From an uncultured Gammaproteobacteria bacterium (GTDB lineage: Bacteria; Pseudomonadota; Gammaproteobacteria; UBA9214): 64,000 nt of DNA. The position numbers were made by a program, and so were the translations under genes. This document shows, piece after piece, positions 1-9,223 of this stretch. The DNA is taken from NCBI GenBank assembly GCA_963748215.1, contig CAVVHS010000007.1:416001-480000 (forward strand), in the 5' to 3' direction. Each line of letters begins with the position of its first letter. Position 1 is the stretch's first letter. The notes beneath the pieces are model-generated. The model had not been told where the DNA came from. It did not search any database and saw nothing but the letters and a program-made list of their open reading frames with translations.

Positions 1-2
1 CC

Positions 3-1394
3 GTGCTCGGCGTGGACCGCAGGGACACCGACGACGATGGCTACCGCGCACATATCGACATGAACGGCAGGGAATTCATCGGCGAAGACATCGACGATGC
101 ACTCTGGCAGCGCCTGCTGGGTTGTCTGCAGTTCGAGTCGGGGGATTTTTCCGATCCGGACCTGTACCCGCGCCTGGCCGGGCGGCTTGGCAAACTGGTG
201 GCCGAACGCGATATTGCACCGAATTACCTGTTCTATTTCGCGACCCCGCCGCGCTTCTTCGATGTGATAGCCGGCCTGCTCGGCAGTGCCGGGTTGTTGC
301 AGGAAGAGGCCGGACACTGGCGGCGCGTGGTGATCGAGAAACCATTCGGGCATGACCTGGCCTCGGCGCGGGAAATGAACCGCGCGCTGCACACGGTGAT
401 GGCCGAGCACCAGATCTACCGCATCGATCACTATCTCGGCAAGGAATCGGTACAGAATATCCTCGCCTACCGTTTCGCCAACGCTACCGTCGAGCCGATC
501 TGGAACCGGCGCTATGTCGACCACGTGCAGATCACGGTGTCTGAATCCATTGGTGTCGAGACGCGCGGCAACTATTACGACCAGGCCGGTGCGCTGCGCG
601 ACATGGTGCCGAATCACCTGCTGGCACTGCTCTCGGTGATTGCGATGGAACCGTCCAACTCTTTCGATGCTGATGCCATTCGCGACGAGCAGGTCAAGGT
701 GCTGCGCGCCATCCAGCCGTTCGAGCCGGACGATGTGCTGACCCACGCCGTGCGCGGCCAGTATGCGGCAGGCCGCCTGCCCGACGGGCGTATGGTGCCG
801 GCCTATCGTGAAGAGCCCAGGGTCGTGCCGCGTTCGAACACCGAGACCTATGCCGCGCTCAAGCTGAATATCGATTCCTGGCGCTGGGCCGGTGTGCCGT
901 TCTACCTGCGTACCGGCAAATGCATGCCGGGCCGCTTCACCGAGGTGGTGATCCAGTTCCGCCACGCGCCGAACGTGATGTTCCGTGACTCACTGCTGAC
1001 GCGCGAGAATGTGCCGGCCAACTGCCTGGTGCTGCGTATCCAGCCGAACGAGGGCATCGGCATGAGCTTCAATGCCAAGATCCCGGGACACAGCACGCAC
1101 CTGGGCACGGTGGACATGAATTTCCGCTACGAGGACCACTTCGAGAACAAGCCCAGCAACGGTTACGAAACGCTGATCCACGATGTCATGACCGGCGACT
1201 CGACACTGTTCAAGCGCGCCGATCACATCGAGGCGAGCTGGGCACTGGTGGAGCCGGTGCTCGACGTGTGGTCGGCGCTGCCGCCACGCGATTTCCCCAA
1301 CTATGCCGCAGGTAGCTGGGGCCCGGTCGCGGCGGAAGAGCTGCTGAGACGCGACGGCCGTGCCTGGCGGCCCTGCAAGCGATGTCAACAGTGA
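3..1394 (+). CDS. zwf: glucose-6-phosphate 1-dehydrogenase (5' end outside window)
   Basis: Motifs IEKPFG, RIDHYLGKE, GALRDMVPNH, GVPFYLRTGK. Confidence 0.97.
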   Translation: MLGVDRRDTDDDGYRAHIDMNGREFIGEDIDDALWQRLLGCLQFESGDFSDPDLYPRLAGRLGKLVAERDIAPNYLFYFATPPRFFDVIAGLLGSAGLLQEEAGHWRRVVIEKPFGHDLASAREMNRALHTVMAEHQIYRIDHYLGKESVQNILAYRFANATVEPIWNRRYVDHVQITVSESIGVETRGNYYDQAGALRDMVPNHLLALLSVIAMEPSNSFDADAIRDEQVKVLRAIQPFEPDDVLTHAVRGQYAAGRLPDGRMVPAYREEPRVVPRSNTETYAALKLNIDSWRWAGVPFYLRTGKCMPGRFTEVVIQFRHAPNVMFRDSLLTRENVPANCLVLRIQPNEGIGMSFNAKIPGHSTHLGTVDMNFRYEDHFENKPSNGYETLIHDVMTGDSTLFKRADHIEASWALVEPVLDVWSALPPRDFPNYAAGSWGPVAAEELLRRDGRAWRPCKRCQQ

Positions 1395-2098
1395 GTCTCA
1401 AGTTGCCAGGCAGGACTGCGGCGAACTGGCACGTGCTGCCGAATATCGACCAGCTGGAAGAGGTGGTTACGCAACGCATCCTGGCACGGGCCGCGGCGTC
1501 GATCGCCGACCACGGCAGATTCCGCGTCGTGCTGGCTGGCGGACGTACGCCGGCCGCCGTGTACCGGCGCCTGGCGGCCGCCGACGCCGACTGGGCACAC
1601 TGGCTGGTGTATTTCGGCGACGAACGCTGCCTGCCTGCGGACAGCCCGGAGCGCAACAGCGTAATGGCAGCGCAAGCCTGGCTTGCGCAGGTACCGATCC
1701 CGCCCGGCAATATCCATCCCATCCCGGCGGAGCAGGGCGCCGTGGTTGCGGCCGAGGCCTACCGCGCGCCGGTGCGTGCCGCGTTGCCGTTCGACCTGGT
1801 ATTGCTCGGCATGGGCGAGGACGGCCACACGGCCAGCCTGTTTCCGGGCCAGACATATTCGCAAGGTGAGCTGGTGCACGCGGTGCATGACGCACCCAAG
1901 CCACCGCCGGACCGGGTCAGCCTGGGCCTGGCGGCGCTGAACGACGCCGAGGCCGTACTGGTGCTCGTGACCGGCGGTGGCAAGTGCGCTGCCGTCGAGC
2001 GCTGGCGCCGTGGCGAGGACCTGCCGGTGGCGCATTTGCACGGGCGGCACGGTGTGGATGTCTACCTCGATGCAGTGGCCGCTGGCATGGAGGACTGA
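1382..2098 (+). CDS. pgl: 6-phosphogluconolactonase
   Basis: LAGGRTP, FGDERC, LGMGEDGHTASLFP; overlaps the zwf stop. Confidence 0.96.
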   Translation: MSTVSLKLPGRTAANWHVLPNIDQLEEVVTQRILARAAASIADHGRFRVVLAGGRTPAAVYRRLAAADADWAHWLVYFGDERCLPADSPERNSVMAAQAWLAQVPIPPGNIHPIPAEQGAVVAAEAYRAPVRAALPFDLVLLGMGEDGHTASLFPGQTYSQGELVHAVHDAPKPPPDRVSLGLAALNDAEAVLVLVTGGGKCAAVERWRRGEDLPVAHLHGRHGVDVYLDAVAAGMED

Positions 2099-2120
2099 GT
2101 GCCGCCGGTGACACGATTCC

Positions 2121-2375
2121 TGCAGGAGCGGATGCCACCCGCGATCATTTTAAATATCGCATCGCGCATGAGATGCGCTCCTACCCTCAATAGAGGTGTA
2201 GGGTGCACTTTGTGCACCATACCCGGTGCGTAAAACGCACCCTACGCCCGGCTTTTATTTTTCCGTGTTGTTCCGTGGATTCCGTGGCCATTATCTATCG
2301 CGCATGAGATGCGCTCCTGCATCAATAGGTGTTCTCACGGCATGTGCAGGATGCGGTGAGCCTGCGAGCCGCTTC
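2121..2375. repeat. composite REP/BIME-like cluster
   Basis: ATCGCGCATGAGATGCGCTCCTAC, GTAGGGTGCAC...GGTGCGTAAAACGCACCCTAC and TTCCGTG...TTCCGTGG...TTCCGTGGCC units; the same units recur at 11202, 13860 and 15221. Confidence 0.85.
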
Positions 2376-2436
2376 AATCGAAGCACGCCACCTGCAGGCG
2401 CGTGCTTTCCGGCTTGCAAGGCGAGGCGTTTGTGAA

Positions 2437-2781
2437 TCAACTTTTTACGCCGAATTCATTTATATTCAATGAAAACCCTTTGCCATCGGTCGCTATCAGG
2501 CCAATGCCTTGCGTATATTTGTAAGTCACTTTGTCCAGAATGATATTCTGATCGATGATATTCACGACGTACCCGCTCTCGGCCAGATCGATTATCGTGA
2601 TACATTTTTCATCCCGTCGTAAAAACATCGTAGACTTCTGGTCGTAAATAAAGACAAATCCTTCAAGACGGCATACGGAACCTTCCGCTTCCTGCACCTC
2701 GCCCAGAAAATGACGTCGGGTCGAGTTCTCGAAAAGTGCCCTGTAAATTACATGTAGCTTGTTTCCCTTTTCAATAATCAT
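2437..2781 (-). CDS. hypothetical protein (AT-rich)
   Basis: Open ORF MIIEKGNKLHVIY in a visibly low-GC segment; no family recognised. Confidence 0.7.
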   Translation of the reverse strand: MIIEKGNKLHVIYRALFENSTRRHFLGEVQEAEGSVCRLEGFVFIYDQKSTMFLRRDEKCITIIDLAESGYVVNIIDQNIILDKVTYKYTQGIGLIATDGKGFSLNINEFGVKS

Positions 2782-2883
2782 GGTTGCCCCGCTTTGGAAT
2801 GTGCAGTATGTCTTGGATAATACCATCGCATGATTTGTCTTACCCCTGCTGGCAGTTATGCTGCCGACCCTGTTCGAACGGGT

Positions 2884-3231
2884 TCACTCGTCCTCGGCCA
2901 GTGCGATCGTCGCCTCGCCCGTTGTTTTGTCGATGTCGACGTGCACCACGCAATACTCGGCCTGTTCCTCGACCGGGGTGGGATCGTCGGCGCAGCTGCA
3001 GCCGGCGATGATGCCGCTGTAGAAAATTCCCGCCTTGATGCGTATTCCGCGTTGGCTTTCCGATGAACTGATAATCATCACCTGCGGCGGTCGGTCGGTG
3101 GCGTAACTGCTGCCGCCGAGACCCTGCTGCAGCGGGAGTTGTTCAATACCGAGCCCGGCAAGCTCCTGTCTGATTACTGCCTCGAAGTCGGGGGTTCCCC
3201 ACGCTACCAGGGATTTTTGAAGCCTGATCAT
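2884..3231 (-). CDS. hypothetical protein
   Basis: 115 aa ORF with a GCSCADDP motif, tightly linked downstream of the FKBP gene. Confidence 0.75.
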   Translation of the reverse strand: MIRLQKSLVAWGTPDFEAVIRQELAGLGIEQLPLQQGLGGSSYATDRPPQVMIISSSESQRGIRIKAGIFYSGIIAGCSCADDPTPVEEQAEYCVVHVDIDKTTGEATIALAEDE

Positions 3232-3247
3232 GATGGTGCCGTTGTGT

Positions 3248-3693
3248 CTATTTACCCGCCGCGCCCGGCTGGACGTCGAGCAATTCGATCATGAACATCA
3301 GGCTGGCGTTGGCGGGTATGACCTTGTCCACGGCGCGCGCGCCGTAGCCGAGAGCAGGCGGCAGCAGCACCAGCCTCCTGCCGCCCGGCTGCATGCCCGT
3401 CACGCCCTCGCTCCAGCCAGGCATGACCCGGTCGGTGCCGACCACGAAGCTGACCGTGCGGCCCTCGCGGCGCGAGTTGTACAGTTCCTTGCCCTGGCGG
3501 CCCCGGTCATCCAGCCAGCCGGTGAAGTGTATGGTGACCACGTCGCCTGGCGCGGCAATGGCGCCGCTGCCCGGCTGCAGGTCCTGGTAACGTGCCCCCG
3601 CGGGGTGGTGTGGAACGGTCCGGCCGCCGCAGCACTGGTGCACAGCAGGCAGGCAAACAGCAGGGCCACTACCTTGTCAGTGCAGGTTTGCAT
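3248..3693 (-). CDS. FKBP-type peptidyl-prolyl cis-trans isomerase with signal peptide (frameshift near 3598)
   Basis: VTIHFTGWL, VMPGWSEG, PPALGYG, IPANASLMFMIELL; the signal peptide is in another frame and joins if one G is added to a G5 run. Confidence 0.88.
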
Positions 3694-3757
3694 CAGTATC
3701 TCCAGCAACTGCCTGTAATGTCTGCAGGGCCGCTCGTGGTCGGTGTTCCGCCACGGG

Positions 3758-4920
3758 TCATGGCTGCCCCCAGGGTGTCCTGAGCCATTCCTCTTGCGCC
3801 AGCAGCGCGTGTCCTGCCACGCTGGGATGGAAGCAATCGCCGCTGTTCACGTGAACGGCATCGAACCGCACATCATACACATCGGTATAGGCGGCGTTGG
3901 GCAGGGCGCCGGCCAGCCGGTATTCCTCCAGCACATCGCGCAGGACGGTGTTGTAGTCATCGCGGACTATCCTGTGGAATGCCTTCCGGCGCTGGCAATT
4001 CGCTCCGTCACCGGGGTACACGGTGTCCGGGTCCTGCCGGGATACCGCGTGCACGCAGTCGTCGCCGGGGTTGTCGAGCAGGTTCTCGCAGGGGACGAAT
4101 GGCCACACGAAAACCCGGCACCAGAAGTTGCTGAACCTGGCATTCCACAGCCAGTAGATGGCCGGGATGCCGGAGACGTGGATGCGGGCATGGCGGGTCG
4201 CGTCGCTGGCGGCCAGCACATCGAGGCCGGCACGGTATTGCGCCTCGAACAGCGCGGGGGCGGTCATGTTCGCCATGCTGGATGCGCACACATCATTGTT
4301 TCCGAGCAGGACGGTCACCATGCCGGCGTCGGCCGTGGGGGTCTGTGCCGCGGCCGTGACCACGCCCTGGGCCTGTGCCGCGAAATCGGCCATGACCGCG
4401 CCGCTCAGCGCGCGGTTGAAGACCGCATCGCGCGCCGGCAGTGTTTTCGTAGTAATAGGCGGATACCACGGCCTCGATGCGTTCATTCAGGCTTGCGACG
4501 CTGTCGCCCGCGTCATAGCCGGTCGACCAGACGGTCTCATGGTTCGACGTTGCCAATGTCGTTATACGCCGCCTCGCCCTCGCCGATGGAATCGCCGATG
4601 TTGAACTGGTTGCCCGGCCAGGCGGGCTTCAGCAGACCCAGGTCACCGAGTGCGATGCGCAGGATGACCGAGAGGTCACCCGTATTGAACGTGCCGTCCG
4701 GCGCCGGTATGCCGGCCACCAGCGGCGCTACATCAGCATGCAATGTCTGCGCCGGATCCAGGGCGCGGCTACCGAGCAGTGTCTGCTGTGCCCATAACAG
4801 GTCGACGACATTGACCGTGCCGTCGATGTTGATATCGCCGTCGTGGTCACCGGATGCTTTACCGGCCTGCAGCAGGCAGTACAGGCCCAGCAGCATTGCG
4901 ATGAAGGATTGGCCTGTCAT
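3758..4920 (-). CDS. secreted dockerin-like domain + SGNH/GDSL hydrolase (two frameshifts, near 4545 and 4440)
   Basis: Signal peptide; GDINIDGTVNVVDL and DGTFNTGDL repeats; IGDS, LLGNND and DCFHP blocks spread over three consecutive frames. Confidence 0.8.
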
Positions 4921-4991
4921 TGATTTCAAAACGGGGCGGTACCCTGTTGGGCTGATACGTCAGAGTATAATGTGCCCGCACAGAAAAGGGT

Positions 4992-5436
4992 GGCTCTTCC
5001 CCAGATCGAGTGGGTAGATTACCGTTGTAGGGCCGAATTCATTCGGCCAACAGCCTGTTGCCATTGGAGACAAGGAGGTCACCCTGTCCTGTGACGCATT
5101 GCGCAGGAGGCGTCATTCCCTGCACCATCAAGTCTATTGCATCACCACGGTTACCCGCGGTCGTCATCCTTTGTTCACGGATATCACCGCAGCATGCCTG
5201 CTGGTTCGTGAATGGTCGAATGAATTCGACCCTACAGGGCTGATTCAATGACGATGAAACACCGCTGGTCGAATGAATTCGACCCTACAGGGCTGATTCA
5301 ATGACGATGAAACTCCGCTGGTCGAATGAATTCGACCCTACTGTAGGGCCGAATTCATTCGGCCAACAACCTTGCCATCAGAAGGAATGCGTCTCGTCTA
5401 AATTGATGTGTTACCCACTCAATCAGGGGAAGATCC
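4992..5436. mobile_element. MITE-like element, copy 1, with internal REP hairpins
   Basis: Terminal inverted repeats GGCTCTTCCCCAGATCGAGTGGGTA / GGATCTTCCCCTGATTGAGTGGGTA (22/25); an inverted homologous copy lies at 42734-43085. Confidence 0.8.
5214..5341. repeat. 53-bp tandem repeat (about 2.4 copies) containing REP GTAGGGTCGAATTCATTCGACC
   Basis: Units start at 5214, 5267 and 5320. Confidence 0.9.
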
Positions 5437-5495
5437 TCATTATAGGTTGCGAGCGCCCGGGTCAGCGGAACTTTCCATTATCGGGCAGGGGGATT

Positions 5496-6056
5496 TCAGT
5501 GAACATACCGGTTGAAGTGCCGGTCCCTGATCCCGAACTCGATATGCATCACGCCGTCCTGCAAGGATGTCTCGAGGGTGAAGCTGCTGCGTCTGAGGAT
5601 GTCGAGCATAGTCCTGTTGCCGGGCAGTACGTCCGCCTGCAATCGCGTGATACCGTTTTGCTGTGCAAGGGTGACGATGTGCTCGAACAGTAGCGTGCCG
5701 ACGCCGATGTGCTGATATTCGTCGGCCACGGCAAACGCGATCTCGGCGATACGTTCCGCGGAATCGTCTTTCAGCTCAATATACCTGCCGACGCCGACCG
5801 GCCGTTCTGTTGTATTGCCTGTTATGGCGACAACCAGTGCGACGTGATGCACGAAGTCGATTTCCGTGAAATACCTTAATTCCCGTTCCGTCAGTTCCGG
5901 CCTGGCACCGAGGAAGCGGTAATACACCGACTTGCCGGTCAGGTGATGGAACCCCTCAAGCAGGCGGTGCTTGTCATCCGGCCGGATGGCACGGATCAGG
6001 ACTGCGCTACCATCGCGCAGCGTGGCGTCTTGCGGATACTGGCTCAGTTCCGCCAT
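5496..6056 (-). CDS. GNAT family N-acetyltransferase
   Basis: LRDGSAVLIRAIRPDD, AEIAFAVADEYQHIGVGTLL, N-x-x-M; resembles the GNAT domain of Pat-type acetyltransferases. Confidence 0.9.
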   Translation of the reverse strand: MAELSQYPQDATLRDGSAVLIRAIRPDDKHRLLEGFHHLTGKSVYYRFLGARPELTERELRYFTEIDFVHHVALVVAITGNTTERPVGVGRYIELKDDSAERIAEIAFAVADEYQHIGVGTLLFEHIVTLAQQNGITRLQADVLPGNRTMLDILRRSSFTLETSLQDGVMHIEFGIRDRHFNRYVH

Positions 6057-6119
6057 GAGATTGTGGCTTTTTTATGCATTTGCCTGCCGATTGCATGCGA
6101 CAGGCTGCCGTGGCACAGG

Positions 6120-6356
6120 TCAGGGTTCACGGCGGATCGACCTGCCAGGCGTGTACGCCTCGACAATATACCGGATCGGGCCAGGCTGCTGTCGGCGCTG
6201 AACGCGCTTGACGGTCGTAGGCCATGTGCGGCCATGCGCGGCCAGGTGTGCCAGGCTCACAGCCGGTTCCGCGGGCGAGGTCAGGGAGTCGGGCAGGGCG
6301 CCGACCTGTTCCGGTGTCGCGTCAAGCGCGCGTTCGTGGATATTGAAAACGTTCAT
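6120..6356 (-). pseudogene. degenerate remnant of an SRPBCC-like gene
   Basis: NIHERALDATPEQVGAL...GPIRYIVEAYTPGRSIR is recognisable, with a scrambled middle and an early stop. Confidence 0.5.
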
Positions 6357-6390
6357 GTGCAGCTATCCTGTCGCTGTGTCGTGGCGTTTC

Positions 6391-7905
6391 TCAGAACTTG
6401 TATACCGTCAGCGTCATGTAGAAATTATCCGGTTTGTCCAGCGGGTAGGATAAAACCGCACGTTCGCCGGTATCGGTCAAATACTCGATATCGGTGACCT
6501 GCACCGTTGACTCATCCAGTCCTTCCTCGGATAACACGGTGTCCTGGCCGGTCCCCCGGTAGCCGAGCTTCAGCAGCCGGGCATTGATTTCGTTGAGGGT
6601 AAAGCCGGCCTCGGCCTCGCCATCGGGCTGTAGCAGGACATCGGTCGTGCAGCCGATGTCCTGCGGGCTGACGGCATAGCTGACGCCATGCGCCATGGTT
6701 TCGAATATATCCCCGAACTCCGTCGAGGCGGTCAGCCTCGCGTCCTGTTCGAGTGCCCTGGCCAGCGAAGCCCTGTCTGGATAGGGTTGCGCGCAATGCC
6801 AGCCGTGCACATCGAGAAAGCTGGCCAGGGAGTCATTGTCAGTGCCACTGCACTGTGAAGTATCGGGGACGCGAGTACAGGGCGAGACCTGCGGGGTGCC
6901 GCCCAGCCGTACGATCCGCTCTCCGGTCGCGGGATGGCTGCCGAGATAGTCGCGGAACGGATTACTGTCTGTCCCGTAGGCACAGTCGGTTTCCGCCTGC
7001 ATGCGCGCCAGTATGTCTGCCAGTGCCGCGGGCGGCAGGTCGTTCGCCTTCAGCATGCCCAGTGCGTAGTCGTCGGCCTCGCGTTCGAAGTCGCGCGAGT
7101 AGCGCGCCTGCAGCAGGGCGCTGGGCAGGCCGGCGGCGACACTGCTCACGTCGCCCAGGTACCAGCTCACCATGAAGCCGACGATGGAGCCCTGGATCAA
7201 CATGCGCAGGCTGTGGCGCCGGTCGAGGTGGCCGAGTTCGTGCGCGAGCACGCCGAGGATCTCGTCGTCCTGTTCAGACAGCGCCACCAGCTGGTCGGTG
7301 ACCACGATGGTGCCGTCGGGCAGGGCAAAGGCGTTGGCGCCGATCGGGCCGCCGTCTCGGAACACGATGCGGTGCGCGGGCGTGGTGTCGGTCGGCGGTG
7401 TCAGCCGGGCAAAGCCGGTGCTGAGCTGTGCCTGACGGTCCTCCGGCAGCCTGCTGGCCTCGAATACGTGTTCGTCGAAGAATGCCAGGGTCGATTCGCC
7501 CATGCCGGCCAGCAGGCGTTCCGGCAGGCGTTCGGCGACCCAGCCGGCGGTGGCCGGCAGTCCCCAGTGATAGCCGGCGAGTGCCGCGGCGACCGTCAGT
7601 ACCACGGCGGCCAGTGCCCAGTGCCAGCGCGCCTGCAGGCGCACCGCCAGGCCGTCCTCGATGCCGGCCGTGCGCAGCAGCTGCTCGAACGCGGCATGCT
7701 CGCGTACCTCGCAATGCGCACCGTCGCTAAAGCGCACCACGCGTGGTGCGGCGCCCAGTGGTTCGGAAATCTCCAGGCCGGCGAGCGGCTCGTCGCGCGC
7801 TGCCTGCTCGCCGTCCACGATCAGGCGGTCGCCGTGCAGGTAGATCGTTACCGGCTGCGGCTGTGCCGTGTGTCCATCGTAGAAGATTGCCGGTATCGGT
7901 TGCAT
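6391..7905 (-). CDS. M48 family metallopeptidase with C-terminal extension
   Basis: NAFALPDG, HELGH, YSRDFEREAD, SHPATGERI; start MQPIPAIFYDG overlaps the yjgN stop. Confidence 0.92.
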   Translation of the reverse strand: MQPIPAIFYDGHTAQPQPVTIYLHGDRLIVDGEQAARDEPLAGLEISEPLGAAPRVVRFSDGAHCEVREHAAFEQLLRTAGIEDGLAVRLQARWHWALAAVVLTVAAALAGYHWGLPATAGWVAERLPERLLAGMGESTLAFFDEHVFEASRLPEDRQAQLSTGFARLTPPTDTTPAHRIVFRDGGPIGANAFALPDGTIVVTDQLVALSEQDDEILGVLAHELGHLDRRHSLRMLIQGSIVGFMVSWYLGDVSSVAAGLPSALLQARYSRDFEREADDYALGMLKANDLPPAALADILARMQAETDCAYGTDSNPFRDYLGSHPATGERIVRLGGTPQVSPCTRVPDTSQCSGTDNDSLASFLDVHGWHCAQPYPDRASLARALEQDARLTASTEFGDIFETMAHGVSYAVSPQDIGCTTDVLLQPDGEAEAGFTLNEINARLLKLGYRGTGQDTVLSEEGLDESTVQVTDIEYLTDTGERAVLSYPLDKPDNFYMTLTVYKF

Positions 7906-8969
7906 TAATACGAGATATCGAAGTCGAACAGGTCTGCCGCTTCCTCGCCGGTGGCGCTGGTCGCCTGCTGCTGGTCGGCCATGAAATCGTCGAGACTGCC
8001 GTCCGGCACCAGGCCGATGTGTTGCAGCCGGTAGCGCGCCAGGCGGATATCGGCGAACGGTTTGAACAGACCCAGCGTCGCCAGGATGCCGAGGAAGTTG
8101 GTCAGGTAGATCCAGAACAAGGCACGGGCCTGCACGTCGCTTACGAGATGGTGCGTGCCGAGCGTGGTGTGATTCCACACCAGGTTCTGCACGCGGGCGG
8201 AAAACCACGGGCCCAGCAGCAGGAACAGCATCAGGTAGACACCCGCCAGGCTCGCCAGGATGAAGGTGGCCATGTGTGCACGGGCTTCCTCGTCCAGCGC
8301 GTCCGGATTGGCGAGTTCGAAGGGAAACAGCAGCACCGCACCGCCCGTGACCAGCGCGATCACCAGCATGGCCAGGCCCAGCAGCTTCAGGTAGAGGGTG
8401 AAAAAGCGGCCGCTGCCGGCGCTGAAGTTGAACGGGGTGTTGGCGTACCAGCTGTTGCCATGCTGGAAGCGCTTGATGCGCTGGTGCGCCAGCGGTGACA
8501 TCAGGTAGAGGGTGACCAGCACCAGCAGCGGGTACAGCAGGAAGTTGACGTAACCCTGCCGGGTGCTGCCGCGGAACGAGAACCGCAGGCCGCGGTGACT
8601 GCTGTTATGCAGCTTGAAACACAGCGAGCGTACGATCAGCCAGGGGAAGACCAGCGCCAGCAGTGCCAGGGCGAGTAATGCCAGGCGCGGCGAGGTCGCG
8701 CTGGAGAACTGGTAGACGAGCAGCAACACCACCGCGATAATCCGGCCCTTCAGGATCGCCAGCGGGGCGCCGAGAAAATCGAAGCTGCTGCCCGCCAGGG
8801 CAGTATTCAGGTAGAAGTATTTCAGGCGCCGCACCTTGGCCCAGGCGGAATAGACGCCGAGGGTGAGGATGCTCAGCGCGATATTGACGATCCAGATACG
8901 GAAATATTCAGGGCCCTGGCCGGTGAAGGTCAGGCGTTGTGCGTCTGCGGTGACCGTGTCGAGCGGCAT
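7905..8969 (-). CDS. YjgN (DUF898) family membrane protein
   Basis: FTGQGPEYFRIWIVNIALSILTLGVYSAWAKVR signature; usual partner of M48. Confidence 0.93.
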   Translation of the reverse strand: MPLDTVTADAQRLTFTGQGPEYFRIWIVNIALSILTLGVYSAWAKVRRLKYFYLNTALAGSSFDFLGAPLAILKGRIIAVVLLLVYQFSSATSPRLALLALALLALVFPWLIVRSLCFKLHNSSHRGLRFSFRGSTRQGYVNFLLYPLLVLVTLYLMSPLAHQRIKRFQHGNSWYANTPFNFSAGSGRFFTLYLKLLGLAMLVIALVTGGAVLLFPFELANPDALDEEARAHMATFILASLAGVYLMLFLLLGPWFSARVQNLVWNHTTLGTHHLVSDVQARALFWIYLTNFLGILATLGLFKPFADIRLARYRLQHIGLVPDGSLDDFMADQQQATSATGEEAADLFDFDISY

Positions 8970-9223
8970 GCTGGCTCCCTGATGTAACCGGATGGGCGTT
9001 GCTGCAGGCCATTGTGCCGGTCAGGCGCGCCGGGTGCCAGTGCTGCCTTGCGCCTGTTGCTAGTACGAAGGTATTAGTGTCGGCTCTGGTTTGCCGGCCG
9101 TTCCCGGCCCTGCAGCGGCCGGGACGGCTTTCCTGGTCTGCGTGCTTGCATGGGATGCAGTCCCGGGCTAGGGTGGGCGCATATTTGCAGTCAGATCATG
9201 GAAGTACAACAAGGAGAAACCTC

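Noticed and set aside
5214-5341. Possible mini-CRISPR (palindromic repeat with regular spacing)
   Set aside because: The intervening sequences are near-identical and the repeat has a GTAG REP foot
6391-8208. ORF-track long N-termini (M48 605 aa, HoxY 434 aa, TcdA 431 aa, alpha-E 372 aa)
   Set aside because: The extensions overlap neighbouring genes; internal ATGs match family starts
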